Part shown: one piece after another, positions 44,778-52,640 of the stretch
How the letters are laid out: the number at the start of each line of letters is the position of its first letter
How positions within the stretch are numbered: position 1 is the first letter of the stretch
Assembly: GCA_039738635.1 (NCBI GenBank)
Contig: JBCLLN010000005.1
Location: forward strand, 1 to 58,224
Length of the DNA: 58,224 nt
Source: Candidatus Saccharimonadia bacterium
GTDB lineage: Bacteria; Patescibacteriota; Saccharimonadia; CAILAD01; BJGX01
Direction: 5' to 3'
The notes under the pieces: model-generated
What the model was told of the DNA's origin: nothing
What the model saw: the letters and a program-made list of their open reading frames with translations, nothing else
Database searches by the model: none
Program-made: the position numbers and the translations under genes

Positions 44778-45623
44778 TTACTTTGTATTAGAGTTTTTTG
44801 TTGCCTCTATCACATTTTGTAACAGGCTTACGACTGTGACTGGGCCAATCCCCCCAGGTACCCTAGATACCAGACTCGCAATTCCTTCAATGCTTTGGTA
44901 GTCAACATCTCCCACCAGCCTGCCATTAGCCTCACTGAGGCCAGCATCAAGCACTATCGTGTCTGGGCTAATCATAGAGCCAACAATAGTCTTAGGTTGT
45001 CCCGTAGCGCTAATAATAATGTCAGCAGACTTAATTAGCTTGGTAGTATCATTGGTGTCTTTATCGGCGGTATGTACATTATATCCCCGGCCTATTAGTA
45101 TGATAGCTAGCGGTAGCCCCACCAGCTTACCCTGGCCAATAATCAAAATATTTTTTTTATCAAGCTCAATACTAGATTCCTCCAAAATAGTAATAATTGC
45201 CTTAGGTGTAGCAGGTATTATTGGCGCGTTGCCCTCTCCTAGCATTACCAATGATTGAGAGCTAAGCCCATCAACATCCTTTGGTACTGGTATTAAGTCC
45301 AGCAATGGCTGAGGGTTATCCCATTTGCCGATTGGGAGCTGTACTATAATCCCATTTACGCTAGCATCACTAGCCAGTGCTTGCATCATCTTGTAGCATC
45401 TATCTGGCTTGCTACTACTCCAGTCAGCTAGCTCTACTTCAATGCCAAGTTGCTTCGCACGCTTTTGCTTGAGCCTAACATATGTCATCGCACTAGCACT
45501 AGGGTTAATAGTAATTATCATGAGCTTGGGGGTCAATCCTAGTGCATTTAGCTGAGCTATCTCTGTGCCCAAGGAGTAGGCTAGTTTGTCGGCTATTGCA
45601 TTACCATTAATAATTTTTGTCAT
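44778..45623 (-). CDS. folD: bifunctional methylenetetrahydrofolate dehydrogenase/cyclohydrolase
   Basis: Motifs VQLPIG, PATPKAII, GQGKLVGLPLA, PGGIGPVTV. Confidence 0.9.
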   Translation of the reverse strand: MTKIINGNAIADKLAYSLGTEIAQLNALGLTPKLMIITINPSASAMTYVRLKQKRAKQLGIEVELADWSSSKPDRCYKMMQALASDASVNGIIVQLPIGKWDNPQPLLDLIPVPKDVDGLSSQSLVMLGEGNAPIIPATPKAIITILEESSIELDKKNILIIGQGKLVGLPLAIILIGRGYNVHTADKDTNDTTKLIKSADIIISATGQPKTIVGSMISPDTIVLDAGLSEANGRLVGDVDYQSIEGIASLVSRVPGGIGPVTVVSLLQNVIEATKNSNTK

Positions 45624-45630
45624 TATTATA

Positions 45631-45639
45631 ATTCTACCA
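45631..45639 (-). promoter_or_regulatory. extended -10 (TGgTAGAAT) 7 nt before folD ATG, leaderless-type
   Basis: Minus strand reads ttggtagaat tataata ATG. Confidence 0.45.
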
Positions 45640-45721
45640 AATAGTCAGAGTCATTGACACTATTATTCTGGCGTGGTATAACTTTAGGACTTGTCCAAAA
45701 AACCTTACAGGGGGTTAATAG

Positions 45722-46264
45722 TTGAGCAAGAGCACCAAATCAGCCATAGAATCAACTACTACATTTACTGATGGATTTCTTATAGATATTCTCTCTAAAG
45801 AAGAATCGGATAGAGCCCAAGCTACACTCGATGAACTCTACGACATAGTTGGCAAGGAATCATTTGATTTGATAATAGATTATCTAATATCCCAAGTCGC
45901 TCATAAGCTATTGTCTGACGAAAACAGCCCACTTCTTAAAGCAGTCAATGGTGCTCTAGAAGTTATCGGTCAAGAATCTAGTCAACTCAATGAAGTAGCA
46001 AGAGCTCAGGTCCGAGAGCTCAAAGATATTAATCATGACTTAAGTCAGCAAGTAGTAAAGCTCTCAGCAAAAGTTAACTCGTGCGGTACATCTCTTGCCT
46101 CGGTTCGCCGAAGGCTCAAATGCCCCGATATAAAAGAAGCTTTAGATTTATCACAAATGCTTAATAAGCAAGCCAGCTTGACGCCAGCCGAGCAAGCAGT
46201 AGTCAATTTGGCTAGCGCTATTAAGGATGCTTGTACAAGCATCAAAAACTTAAATATAGAATAG
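45722..46264 (+). CDS. hypothetical helical protein (TTG start)
   Basis: aggggg 7 nt before TTG; followed by a terminator. Confidence 0.45.
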   Translation: MSKSTKSAIESTTTFTDGFLIDILSKEESDRAQATLDELYDIVGKESFDLIIDYLISQVAHKLLSDENSPLLKAVNGALEVIGQESSQLNEVARAQVRELKDINHDLSQQVVKLSAKVNSCGTSLASVRRRLKCPDIKEALDLSQMLNKQASLTPAEQAVVNLASAIKDACTSIKNLNIE

Positions 46265-46276
46265 CTCTTTTTATAA

Positions 46277-46315
46277 CCGGTGTGGTCTTAATTGATCACG
46301 CCGGCTTTTATTTTT
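46277..46315 (+). terminator. intrinsic terminator
   Basis: ccggtgtg..cacgccgg followed by cttttattttt. Confidence 0.6.
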
Positions 46316-46405
46316 ATCAAGATAGATTGCGTTTTATAAGTCAAGTATAGGTGGTAAATGCTCGATTTTTAGGTTATAATTGTGCCGTACTGGTTAGTAT
46401 TTTAA

Positions 46406-46846
<441 letters not shown>

Positions 46847-46895
46847 AATGCCCCTATCCTAATGCTCATCTTGATTTTAAGCTCCGCGTCAGCCA

Positions 46896-47849
46896 TCATT
46901 TGCTCATATGGGCTAGAATCATATGGCGGCTTTCTAGCTCAGGCCTGGGGGTGCCAGCTAGCAAGACGGCCCTGGAGTGCGAGGAATAGCCAGATTCTAA
47001 CGCAGCCGCATCAGACATATCCTGGTAAATTTGCCAATCTTCAATCCCAGCATCTTTCATTACCTTTCTAAAATATAAGGGCATATCTATATTGGCAGTG
47101 TATACAGGACTCCCATCCTCTTGGGATTGCTTTAGGCTAGTAAAGAGGTCTTTCAGTTCTCCATCTGGGTCAGGATTTATCCCATCTCTAAATGTAAATG
47201 GAAAGTTCTCTGGAGCTACACCTGCAGCAACATAGAACTTTGCAGTTGTTAAGTTCATGTTCAAACTTTTGCAGTGCTCTAGCATTTGCTGCATATATCC
47301 CGCCTTAGCCTGTCGCCAGGTTGTATGTGCTTGGGTCATTATTTTACCATCAGGGGTATCTGCCTCTATGGTCACCACTATACAGTCAGCAGCCCTAACT
47401 GCTAGCAAGGTATTTGGATTGCGCGTATAAATCATATCCGATTGCTCTGGTATCCAGGTTGCTAGGGTATTATCGCGAACAATGGAGGGGTCATTTACGC
47501 TAAGGCATTTAAGCTGTTCTGTTTTTTCATCTTGTCCGGGTCGCATAATTACTACATCTTTAGGCTCATATCCTAAGGATTCTATAAATTTATTAACATT
47601 TTCGTTTGCTACTACTGCCTTATCCTCGCTGCTAAGATGTGTAGATCCATAATTGGGGCTTAAGTTTCCAGCCAAATCAGTCCTATCGGTAGGCTCACCC
47701 GTTTCGGCATTTCTTGGTGGGCCAACACTTGTAACAGAAGTAGAAACTTCTGGGCCACTTTCGCCTTGCATGAGCCAGGAGTTTGCATTTAGAGCTTCAA
47801 TTACTTCAACTCTATTGGGTGTATTTTGGGATGGTAGATTTTCTGGCAT
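46896..47849 (-). CDS. YfiH/PgeF (DUF152, laccase-domain) family protein with ~130-aa N-terminal extension
   Basis: LLAVRAADCIVV..QAHTTWRQ parallels the family's ADC...H.GWRG pattern. Start moved to MPENLPS to avoid the divergent promoter. Confidence 0.5.
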   Translation of the reverse strand: MPENLPSQNTPNRVEVIEALNANSWLMQGESGPEVSTSVTSVGPPRNAETGEPTDRTDLAGNLSPNYGSTHLSSEDKAVVANENVNKFIESLGYEPKDVVIMRPGQDEKTEQLKCLSVNDPSIVRDNTLATWIPEQSDMIYTRNPNTLLAVRAADCIVVTIEADTPDGKIMTQAHTTWRQAKAGYMQQMLEHCKSLNMNLTTAKFYVAAGVAPENFPFTFRDGINPDPDGELKDLFTSLKQSQEDGSPVYTANIDMPLYFRKVMKDAGIEDWQIYQDMSDAAALESGYSSHSRAVLLAGTPRPELESRHMILAHMSK

Positions 47850-47882
47850 ATGTTCAATTATATTACAGATTTTAAGATAATT

Positions 47883-47891
47883 TGCTATAAT
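47883..47891 (+). promoter_or_regulatory. extended -10 (TGcTATAAT) 7 nt before ATG, leaderless-type
   Basis: tgctataat + tagagtt + ATG(47899). Confidence 0.45.
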
Positions 47892-47898
47892 TAGAGTT

Positions 47899-48183
47899 AT
47901 GAAAAAGATTGCCCTCATCGCTATTGGTGTATTGTTGCTCTTCTCTGTTTTTATAAGCACAGTACAATTCGAAGAGCAAATTTCTCAGTCTTGTGGAGAA
48001 CCATCGGAAACAATTCAACAAGTAAATTGGTTTTGGGAATGGTGGCCAAACCGTGATGAAGGGAAAGCTTGGATAATGTGCACCGGTCCAAGTATTTTCA
48101 TCGCTTATCGTCCCCTCGACTTATCAGGATTAGGTTTTATTGTATCTACAGTACTTATTTTAGCTATTCTTAGGAAGAAATAA
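47899..48183 (+). CDS. small membrane protein (signal/TM at both ends)
   Basis: N- and C-terminal hydrophobic segments; Trp-rich middle (WFWEWWP). Confidence 0.45.
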   Translation: MKKIALIAIGVLLLFSVFISTVQFEEQISQSCGEPSETIQQVNWFWEWWPNRDEGKAWIMCTGPSIFIAYRPLDLSGLGFIVSTVLILAILRKK

Positions 48184-48274
48184 TACAGCCTTATAAAATG
48201 GGCATAGACCTGGTTATCAGGGTCTCACCCCGTAAAAAGTGGTTATGTGTTGTTGTAGATTTCTCCGTGATCAG

Positions 48275-48502
48275 CTAAATCGTATTTAACAGTTGGTCGT
48301 ATTTCTTATTTAATTTTCTAAACTCCTCATCATGCTCAGATAATTTCGATTCAATCTTATTAAAACGACCGTCTACGTCATTAGCAAAATTGCTCATTAG
48401 CGCTGTCAGCTCATCGAACTGCTCATCTATTTTCTCAAAGCGTTCATCTATGTTCTCAAAGCGCTGGCCTAGTCGTTTTTCTAGATTTAGTATTTCACTC
48501 AT
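48275..48502 (-). CDS. 75-aa coiled-coil protein with RF..I(D/E) periodic motif
   Basis: QRFENIDERFEKIDEQFDEL..GRFNKIESKL. The -10 TACAAT lies 6 nt before the ATG. Confidence 0.55.
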   Translation of the reverse strand: MSEILNLEKRLGQRFENIDERFEKIDEQFDELTALMSNFANDVDGRFNKIESKLSEHDEEFRKLNKKYDQLLNTI

Positions 48503-48508
48503 ATAATT

Positions 48509-48517
48509 ATTGTATCA
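48509..48517 (-). promoter_or_regulatory. extended -10 (TGaTACAAT), leaderless-type
   Basis: Minus strand reads gtgatacaat aattat ATG(48502). Confidence 0.45.
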
Positions 48518-48589
48518 CATGCTCTATGGGTAAAACACATGACGATTTCTGGGTACATCAGCAAATTTGCATTTTACTAACCTAGTAAA

Positions 48590-48747
48590 CTGGACTTACG
48601 CAAAATCTCACCTTCCTGTACCAAATCTGAATGGCTGCAAACATCCATCTTTCTATCGGCGTAGCTATGGTTACTCCTCTAGAAATCTGAGAAGTTTTCG
48701 CTCGTTCAGATTTACCACAGAAAAAGCGTTATTTTGCGTAAGTCCAG
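48590..48747. mobile_element. 158-bp MITE with perfect 17-bp terminal inverted repeats and TAAA target-site duplication
   Basis: ctggacttacgcaaaat (48590-48606) and attttgcgtaagtccag (48731-48747), flanked by taaa on both sides. An uninterrupted paralogous site is at 49868-49880. Confidence 0.8.
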
Positions 48748-48802
48748 TAAAGGCCAGGCCTTTTTAGGCATTTGTTAACCAGGATAAGAGTTGGGAGTTA
48801 AA

Positions 48803-49138
48803 CTATGCAGGTTTTTTCTCTAGCCGACCAATTCGTAGCTCATGGTCTTTTAGTTGGGTATCGTTAGTCTCGTTGCTAGTATCCATTGCACCAGCTACAT
48901 ATTTTGATAGGTCATCTATTTTCGTACTCATCTTATTATCTAAGCTCTTGATGTCAGAACGAACATCAGAGATTTCAACACGAACATCAGAGATTTCAAC
49001 ACGAATACCAGAGATATCATCACGCATACCAGAGATATCGTGATGAATACCAGAGATATCATCACGAATTTCAGTGGTTTGTTGTGAAACTGTTGCGGAG
49101 ATAAATTGTTTTAAGTCTTGGATGGTGTCGTCATTCAT
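48803..49138 (-). CDS. 111-aa coiled-coil protein with 7-aa tandem repeats (DISG(I/M)R/H.)
   Basis: IRDDISGIHHDISGMRDDISGIRVEISDVRVEISDVRSDIKS. Start set at MNDDTIQ, 6 nt after TGtTATAAT. Confidence 0.55.
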   Translation of the reverse strand: MNDDTIQDLKQFISATVSQQTTEIRDDISGIHHDISGMRDDISGIRVEISDVRVEISDVRSDIKSLDNKMSTKIDDLSKYVAGAMDTSNETNDTQLKDHELRIGRLEKKPA

Positions 49139-49144
49139 ATGGCT

Positions 49145-49153
49145 ATTATAACA
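49145..49153 (-). promoter_or_regulatory. extended -10 (TGtTATAAT), leaderless-type
   Basis: Minus strand reads ttgttataat agccat ATG(49138). Confidence 0.45.
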
Positions 49154-49317
49154 AAAAGTAGAATACATTACGATTTTTTGGGTGCGGGATAGCAGACGCA
49201 TTACAAACAGCAGCAATAGTTGATATACATGACTATAAGCTAAAGCATTTGGTTGAAGTATTCGGTTTGTCTGGTGAATTAATATAAACCATATGCTGAG
49301 TTAAGGCATTTTTTTGG

Positions 49318-49737
49318 CTAAATCATTTCTACGGTTAGTGGTGGCAATTCAAATGGGTCACCAACATACTCAATATCATCTTTTTTATCAGTATAGCCAA
49401 TTAATATACAAATACATTGCCTCATCCCACATTCTCGATACATATAGTAGGCGTTATAATCATCGCTCATAATCAATTTGCCGCTCCTCTCATATATGTA
49501 CAGTGCTGGCGGGTTTCTATTTTCTAGCTTTGTAATGAAATGTTTACGGTAAGCAACAGATATTTGTGGTTGATAATCAGAATATGGTTGAATTTCTGCC
49601 AGATCTACTACTACACCCTGACACAAAATTCTACCCTGCATTGCCTGCCCAAGTAAATCAATAAAGTAGTCATCCTTTAGCTCATTATCTTCGCTGAAAT
49701 CAGCATTTATGTCTGATATGTTAATGGAGTTTTTCAT
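49318..49737 (-). CDS. 139-aa hypothetical protein, weakly ParB/Srx-fold-like
   Basis: PPALYIYERSGKLIMSDDYNAYYMYRECG loosely parallels the ParB N-domain core (P.i...g..y.ii.G.hR..A....G) but lacks GxxR. Confidence 0.5.
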   Translation of the reverse strand: MKNSINISDINADFSEDNELKDDYFIDLLGQAMQGRILCQGVVVDLAEIQPYSDYQPQISVAYRKHFITKLENRNPPALYIYERSGKLIMSDDYNAYYMYRECGMRQCICILIGYTDKKDDIEYVGDPFELPPLTVEMI

Positions 49738-49817
49738 AACTTATCTTTTCTTCTTCCAGAAATTGTTTTCATAACCCTTATTATAACAAAAAAAGAGCCC
49801 CTAAGGCTCTTTATTAA

Positions 49818-49890
49818 AATACATTACGATTTTTGGGGTGCGTCAGTAAATTTGTAATTCTCTAACCTGATAAAGGCCAGGCCTTTTTAG
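49818..49890. repeat. intergenic repeat unit (intact copy) ending in the hairpin aaaggccaggccttttt
   Basis: Matches 48533-48589 + 48748-48767 (the MITE-interrupted copy) and partially 49161-49187. The hairpin also occurs at 19755-19771. Confidence 0.75.
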
Positions 49891-49959
49891 TTGGTGATTG
49901 CCCAGTGTTTGCACTAGAAACATGCCGAGATGTATCATCGGCATTCACAAAAAGAACCT

Positions 49960-50439
49960 TCATTGTTGTACTCCTTTTTTTGTATTTTCAAGAGCGATGG
50001 ATATAAATGAACCTCTGAACGATTTTACGAACTCTGAGCCTGGCATCTTAATAAGTGTGTCATCTTTTCCACTTCCCATGATGAGTGAGCTGAGAGCCTG
50101 AACAGCTTGATCAGCGATCACATCTACCTTTCTAAGGCCAAAAGGGGAAACTGTGCCAACAGCGAAACCGGTGATGTTACTCACCTCTACTTTGTTAGCC
50201 ATACGAAGCGAATCATTACCCCGCACTTTTTTTAATTTCTCCAAGTCAACCTTTTTATCGCCAGTCATAAGCACCACAATGGGTTTCCGACCAACAATTA
50301 ACAAAGACTTGATAACCTCTGGTTTTGTACAATTACATACACGCTCAACATCCTCAACGGTATGTACACCATTAGGGATGACGATCGTTTCGAACGATGT
50401 ACCCATCTCTATTAGCTCTATTGTACTTTTTAGATTCAT
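49960..50439 (-). CDS. YbaK/ProX-type aminoacyl-tRNA trans-editing deacylase
   Basis: VIKSLLIVGRKPIVVLMTGDKKVDLEKLKK..GFAVGTVSPFG pattern; SD aaggag. Confidence 0.75.
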   Translation of the reverse strand: MNLKSTIELIEMGTSFETIVIPNGVHTVEDVERVCNCTKPEVIKSLLIVGRKPIVVLMTGDKKVDLEKLKKVRGNDSLRMANKVEVSNITGFAVGTVSPFGLRKVDVIADQAVQALSSLIMGSGKDDTLIKMPGSEFVKSFRGSFISIALENTKKGVQQ

Positions 50440-50694
50440 TTTCTACTCCTTGTTAGATTGTCAAAGAGCGACTTTGGTTTGTTGTTATCATACATCATTT
50501 TTACTTATATGCAAGCTCGCCAAAAACCTAAAATTGTTTTCATATAGCTCATATTATAGCAATAAAGAGCCTAGCTGGCTCTAATAATAACATTTGGTGC
50601 GGTATCTTTCGCTAATGTTACAGACTACCTTCCTATACCTTCGCCAAGGTAACGAACCATACTAGCTTTACTAGTCCGTAGCTTTCGCGAAGGA

Positions 50695-50717
50695 TGGTGC
50701 GGGTGAAGAGACTCTAA
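50695..50717 (-). repeat. 23-nt duplicate of the tRNA-Gly 3' end
   Basis: tggtgcgggtgaagagactctaa is identical to 50848-50870. Confidence 0.9.
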
Positions 50718-50847
50718 AAACCCTTGACCCAGCCGGTCTGGGTAGGGTTTTGGCTACACTCTCGACTATTTATTATTTTATTCGGCCGAGAGTTAGTGCC
50801 TAATCCATACCAAATCAAAAACCCCACTTTTCGTGGGGCTCTAGATT

Positions 50848-50924
50848 TGGTGCGGGTGAAGAGACTCTAACTCTCGACCTCTTCCTTGGCAAGGAAGCGC
50901 TCTAAACAACTGAGCTACACCCGC
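50848..50924 (-). tRNA. tRNA-Gly(GCC)
   Basis: Acceptor gcgggtg/cacccgc, anticodon loop ttGCCaa, CCA encoded. The T-loop reads ttagagt (A where C56 is usual). A terminator hairpin lies at 50817-50843. Confidence 0.8.
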
Positions 50925-51052
50925 GCAATTCATGTTTTATTCTTTTCTACCGAATAAGAAGCTTACTTCTTATTCGAAGAGGAAGGTTACTTACAGAAAC
51001 TAATCTAAAATAGTTACTACTGTTTTAGATAGGTGGTAGTAATAAGCTGACG

Positions 51053-51128
51053 TGGTGGCGAGACTCGGAATCGAACCGAGGACACGAGGCTCTTCAAGCC
51101 ACTGCTCTACCAACTGAGCTATCTCGCC
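51053..51128 (-). tRNA. tRNA-Phe(GAA)
   Basis: Acceptor ggcgaga/tctcgcc, anticodon loop ttGAAga, T-arm ctcgg ttcgatt ccgag, CCA. Confidence 0.85.
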
Positions 51129-51265
51129 AAATCTAAGACCATCTAAAGGTGTTATCTAACGCAAATAATCATACCAAAAAAACACCATAATTTCTACCCC
51201 TTTATAGGGTGGCCTAAAACAGGTATAATACATCTTGTTCCACTTGTTATTCGTAGCTAAAGTGG

Positions 51266-51339
51266 GGCGCGTTGGCCGAGTAGTTAGGCACGGGTCTGCA
51301 AAACCCGCCACGCCGGTGCGAATCCGGTACGCGCCTCCA
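51266..51339 (+). tRNA. tRNA-Cys(GCA)
   Basis: Acceptor ggcgcgt/acgcgcc, anticodon loop ctGCAaa, CCA. Confidence 0.85.
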
Positions 51340-51350
51340 TAAAAACCTTT

Positions 51351-51435
51351 GGGCGGGTGGTGGAACTGGTATACACGACGGACTTAAAATCCGTTGCCTT
51401 TCGGCTTGCGGGTTCAAGTCCCGCCCCGCCCACCA
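51351..51435 (+). tRNA. tRNA-Leu(UAA), long variable arm
   Basis: Acceptor gggcggg/cccgccc, anticodon loop ctTAAaa, T-arm gcggg ttcaagt cccgc, CCA. Confidence 0.85.
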
Positions 51436-51460
51436 AACAAATAGTCCTGCTAAGGCAGGG

Positions 51461-51601
51461 CAGATTATAAATCCAACGCATGATACACTAAAGAAAATAA
51501 CGAAAGCCCTTGGGGTTGGTTTAGATGAATTAACCGGCTATCAATTTCAGCTAAAATTTCAATACCTGTCTGCAGGCAGGCAGGAAAGTTTAACTAATTA
51601 A
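51461..51601 (+). pseudogene. 5'-truncated XRE-family HTH gene fragment
   Basis: The frame reads ..INPTHDTLKKITKALGVGLDELTGYQF.., the third helix and tail of an XRE HTH. There is no start codon, and the frame runs into the tRNA-Leu terminator. Confidence 0.5.
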
Positions 51602-51614
51602 GGAATTAAAAATT

Positions 51615-52640
51615 ATGGTCGCAGTCAAAAACGAGGGAATAATTTTAGAGAAAACAGATCTGGAATTCGAAAATAAGGGTGTTTTAAACCCGGCCTGCAT
51701 CCACACAGATGGTATTACCCACATGTTTTACCGGGCAATTAGCAACAATGATATTTCTTCTATAGGTTACTGCCAGCTGGTCGATAATAAAGTTATAAAA
51801 AGACTTGAAATGCCGGTTCTTTTCCCGGAATATGATTATGAAAGAAAGGGTGTAGAAGATCCAAGAATTACTTTTTTAGATGGAACATACTACCTTATCT
51901 ATACTTCCTATGATGGCAAAAACGCTCTCATTTCCTACGCCACTAGTAAAGATCTTGTCCATTTTGTAAAACAAGGCATTATCTCACCAAAAATTTCCTA
52001 CGATGAAGTGGAGGACATCTTTCGCGGGTCAAAAGTTGGCAAGCAATATATCATATCAGAGAGGCTTCACAAACAAAGATGGGGCAAGGACATTTTACTG
52101 TTTGAAAAAGACGCCTCCCTCTTTCCCCAAAAATTCGGAGGGAAGTTTGCTCTTCTACACCGTATTTTGCCCGGAATCCAAATTATTTACTTTAACAATT
52201 TCTCTGACTTGACCGCCGATCACTGGCGCGACTATCTCAAGAATTTAAATGATTTTATTGTGCTTGATCCACTCTTTTGGTTTGAAAACCGCAACATCGG
52301 TGGCGGTTGTCCTCCTATTAAAACAGAAGATGGGTGGCTTATGATCTATCATGCGGTAGAGAATACCCCTTCGGGGAATATCTATCATGCCACTGCTGCC
52401 CTTCTTGATCTCAAAAACCCCCTAAAAGTCCTGGGGCGGTTAAGGCAACCTTTGTTTTCACCAAAGGAACCCGAGGAAAAAAGTGGCGTTACAAATAATG
52501 TCGTCTTTCCTACCGGAGCGGTAGTAAGAGATAAAAGACTTCATATTTATTATGGGGCTGCCGACAAATTAATTGCCGCGAAATCTGTTGATCTCGCAGA
52601 ACTCTTGGTTGAACTCAAGAAAAACCCTTTAAAGCTATGA
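51615..52640 (+). CDS. GH130-family glycosidase/phosphorylase-like protein
   Basis: VLNPACI..THMFYRA and GVEDPRITFLDGTYYLIYTSYDG, beta-propeller family pattern. Confidence 0.7.
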   Translation: MVAVKNEGIILEKTDLEFENKGVLNPACIHTDGITHMFYRAISNNDISSIGYCQLVDNKVIKRLEMPVLFPEYDYERKGVEDPRITFLDGTYYLIYTSYDGKNALISYATSKDLVHFVKQGIISPKISYDEVEDIFRGSKVGKQYIISERLHKQRWGKDILLFEKDASLFPQKFGGKFALLHRILPGIQIIYFNNFSDLTADHWRDYLKNLNDFIVLDPLFWFENRNIGGGCPPIKTEDGWLMIYHAVENTPSGNIYHATAALLDLKNPLKVLGRLRQPLFSPKEPEEKSGVTNNVVFPTGAVVRDKRLHIYYGAADKLIAAKSVDLAELLVELKKNPLKL

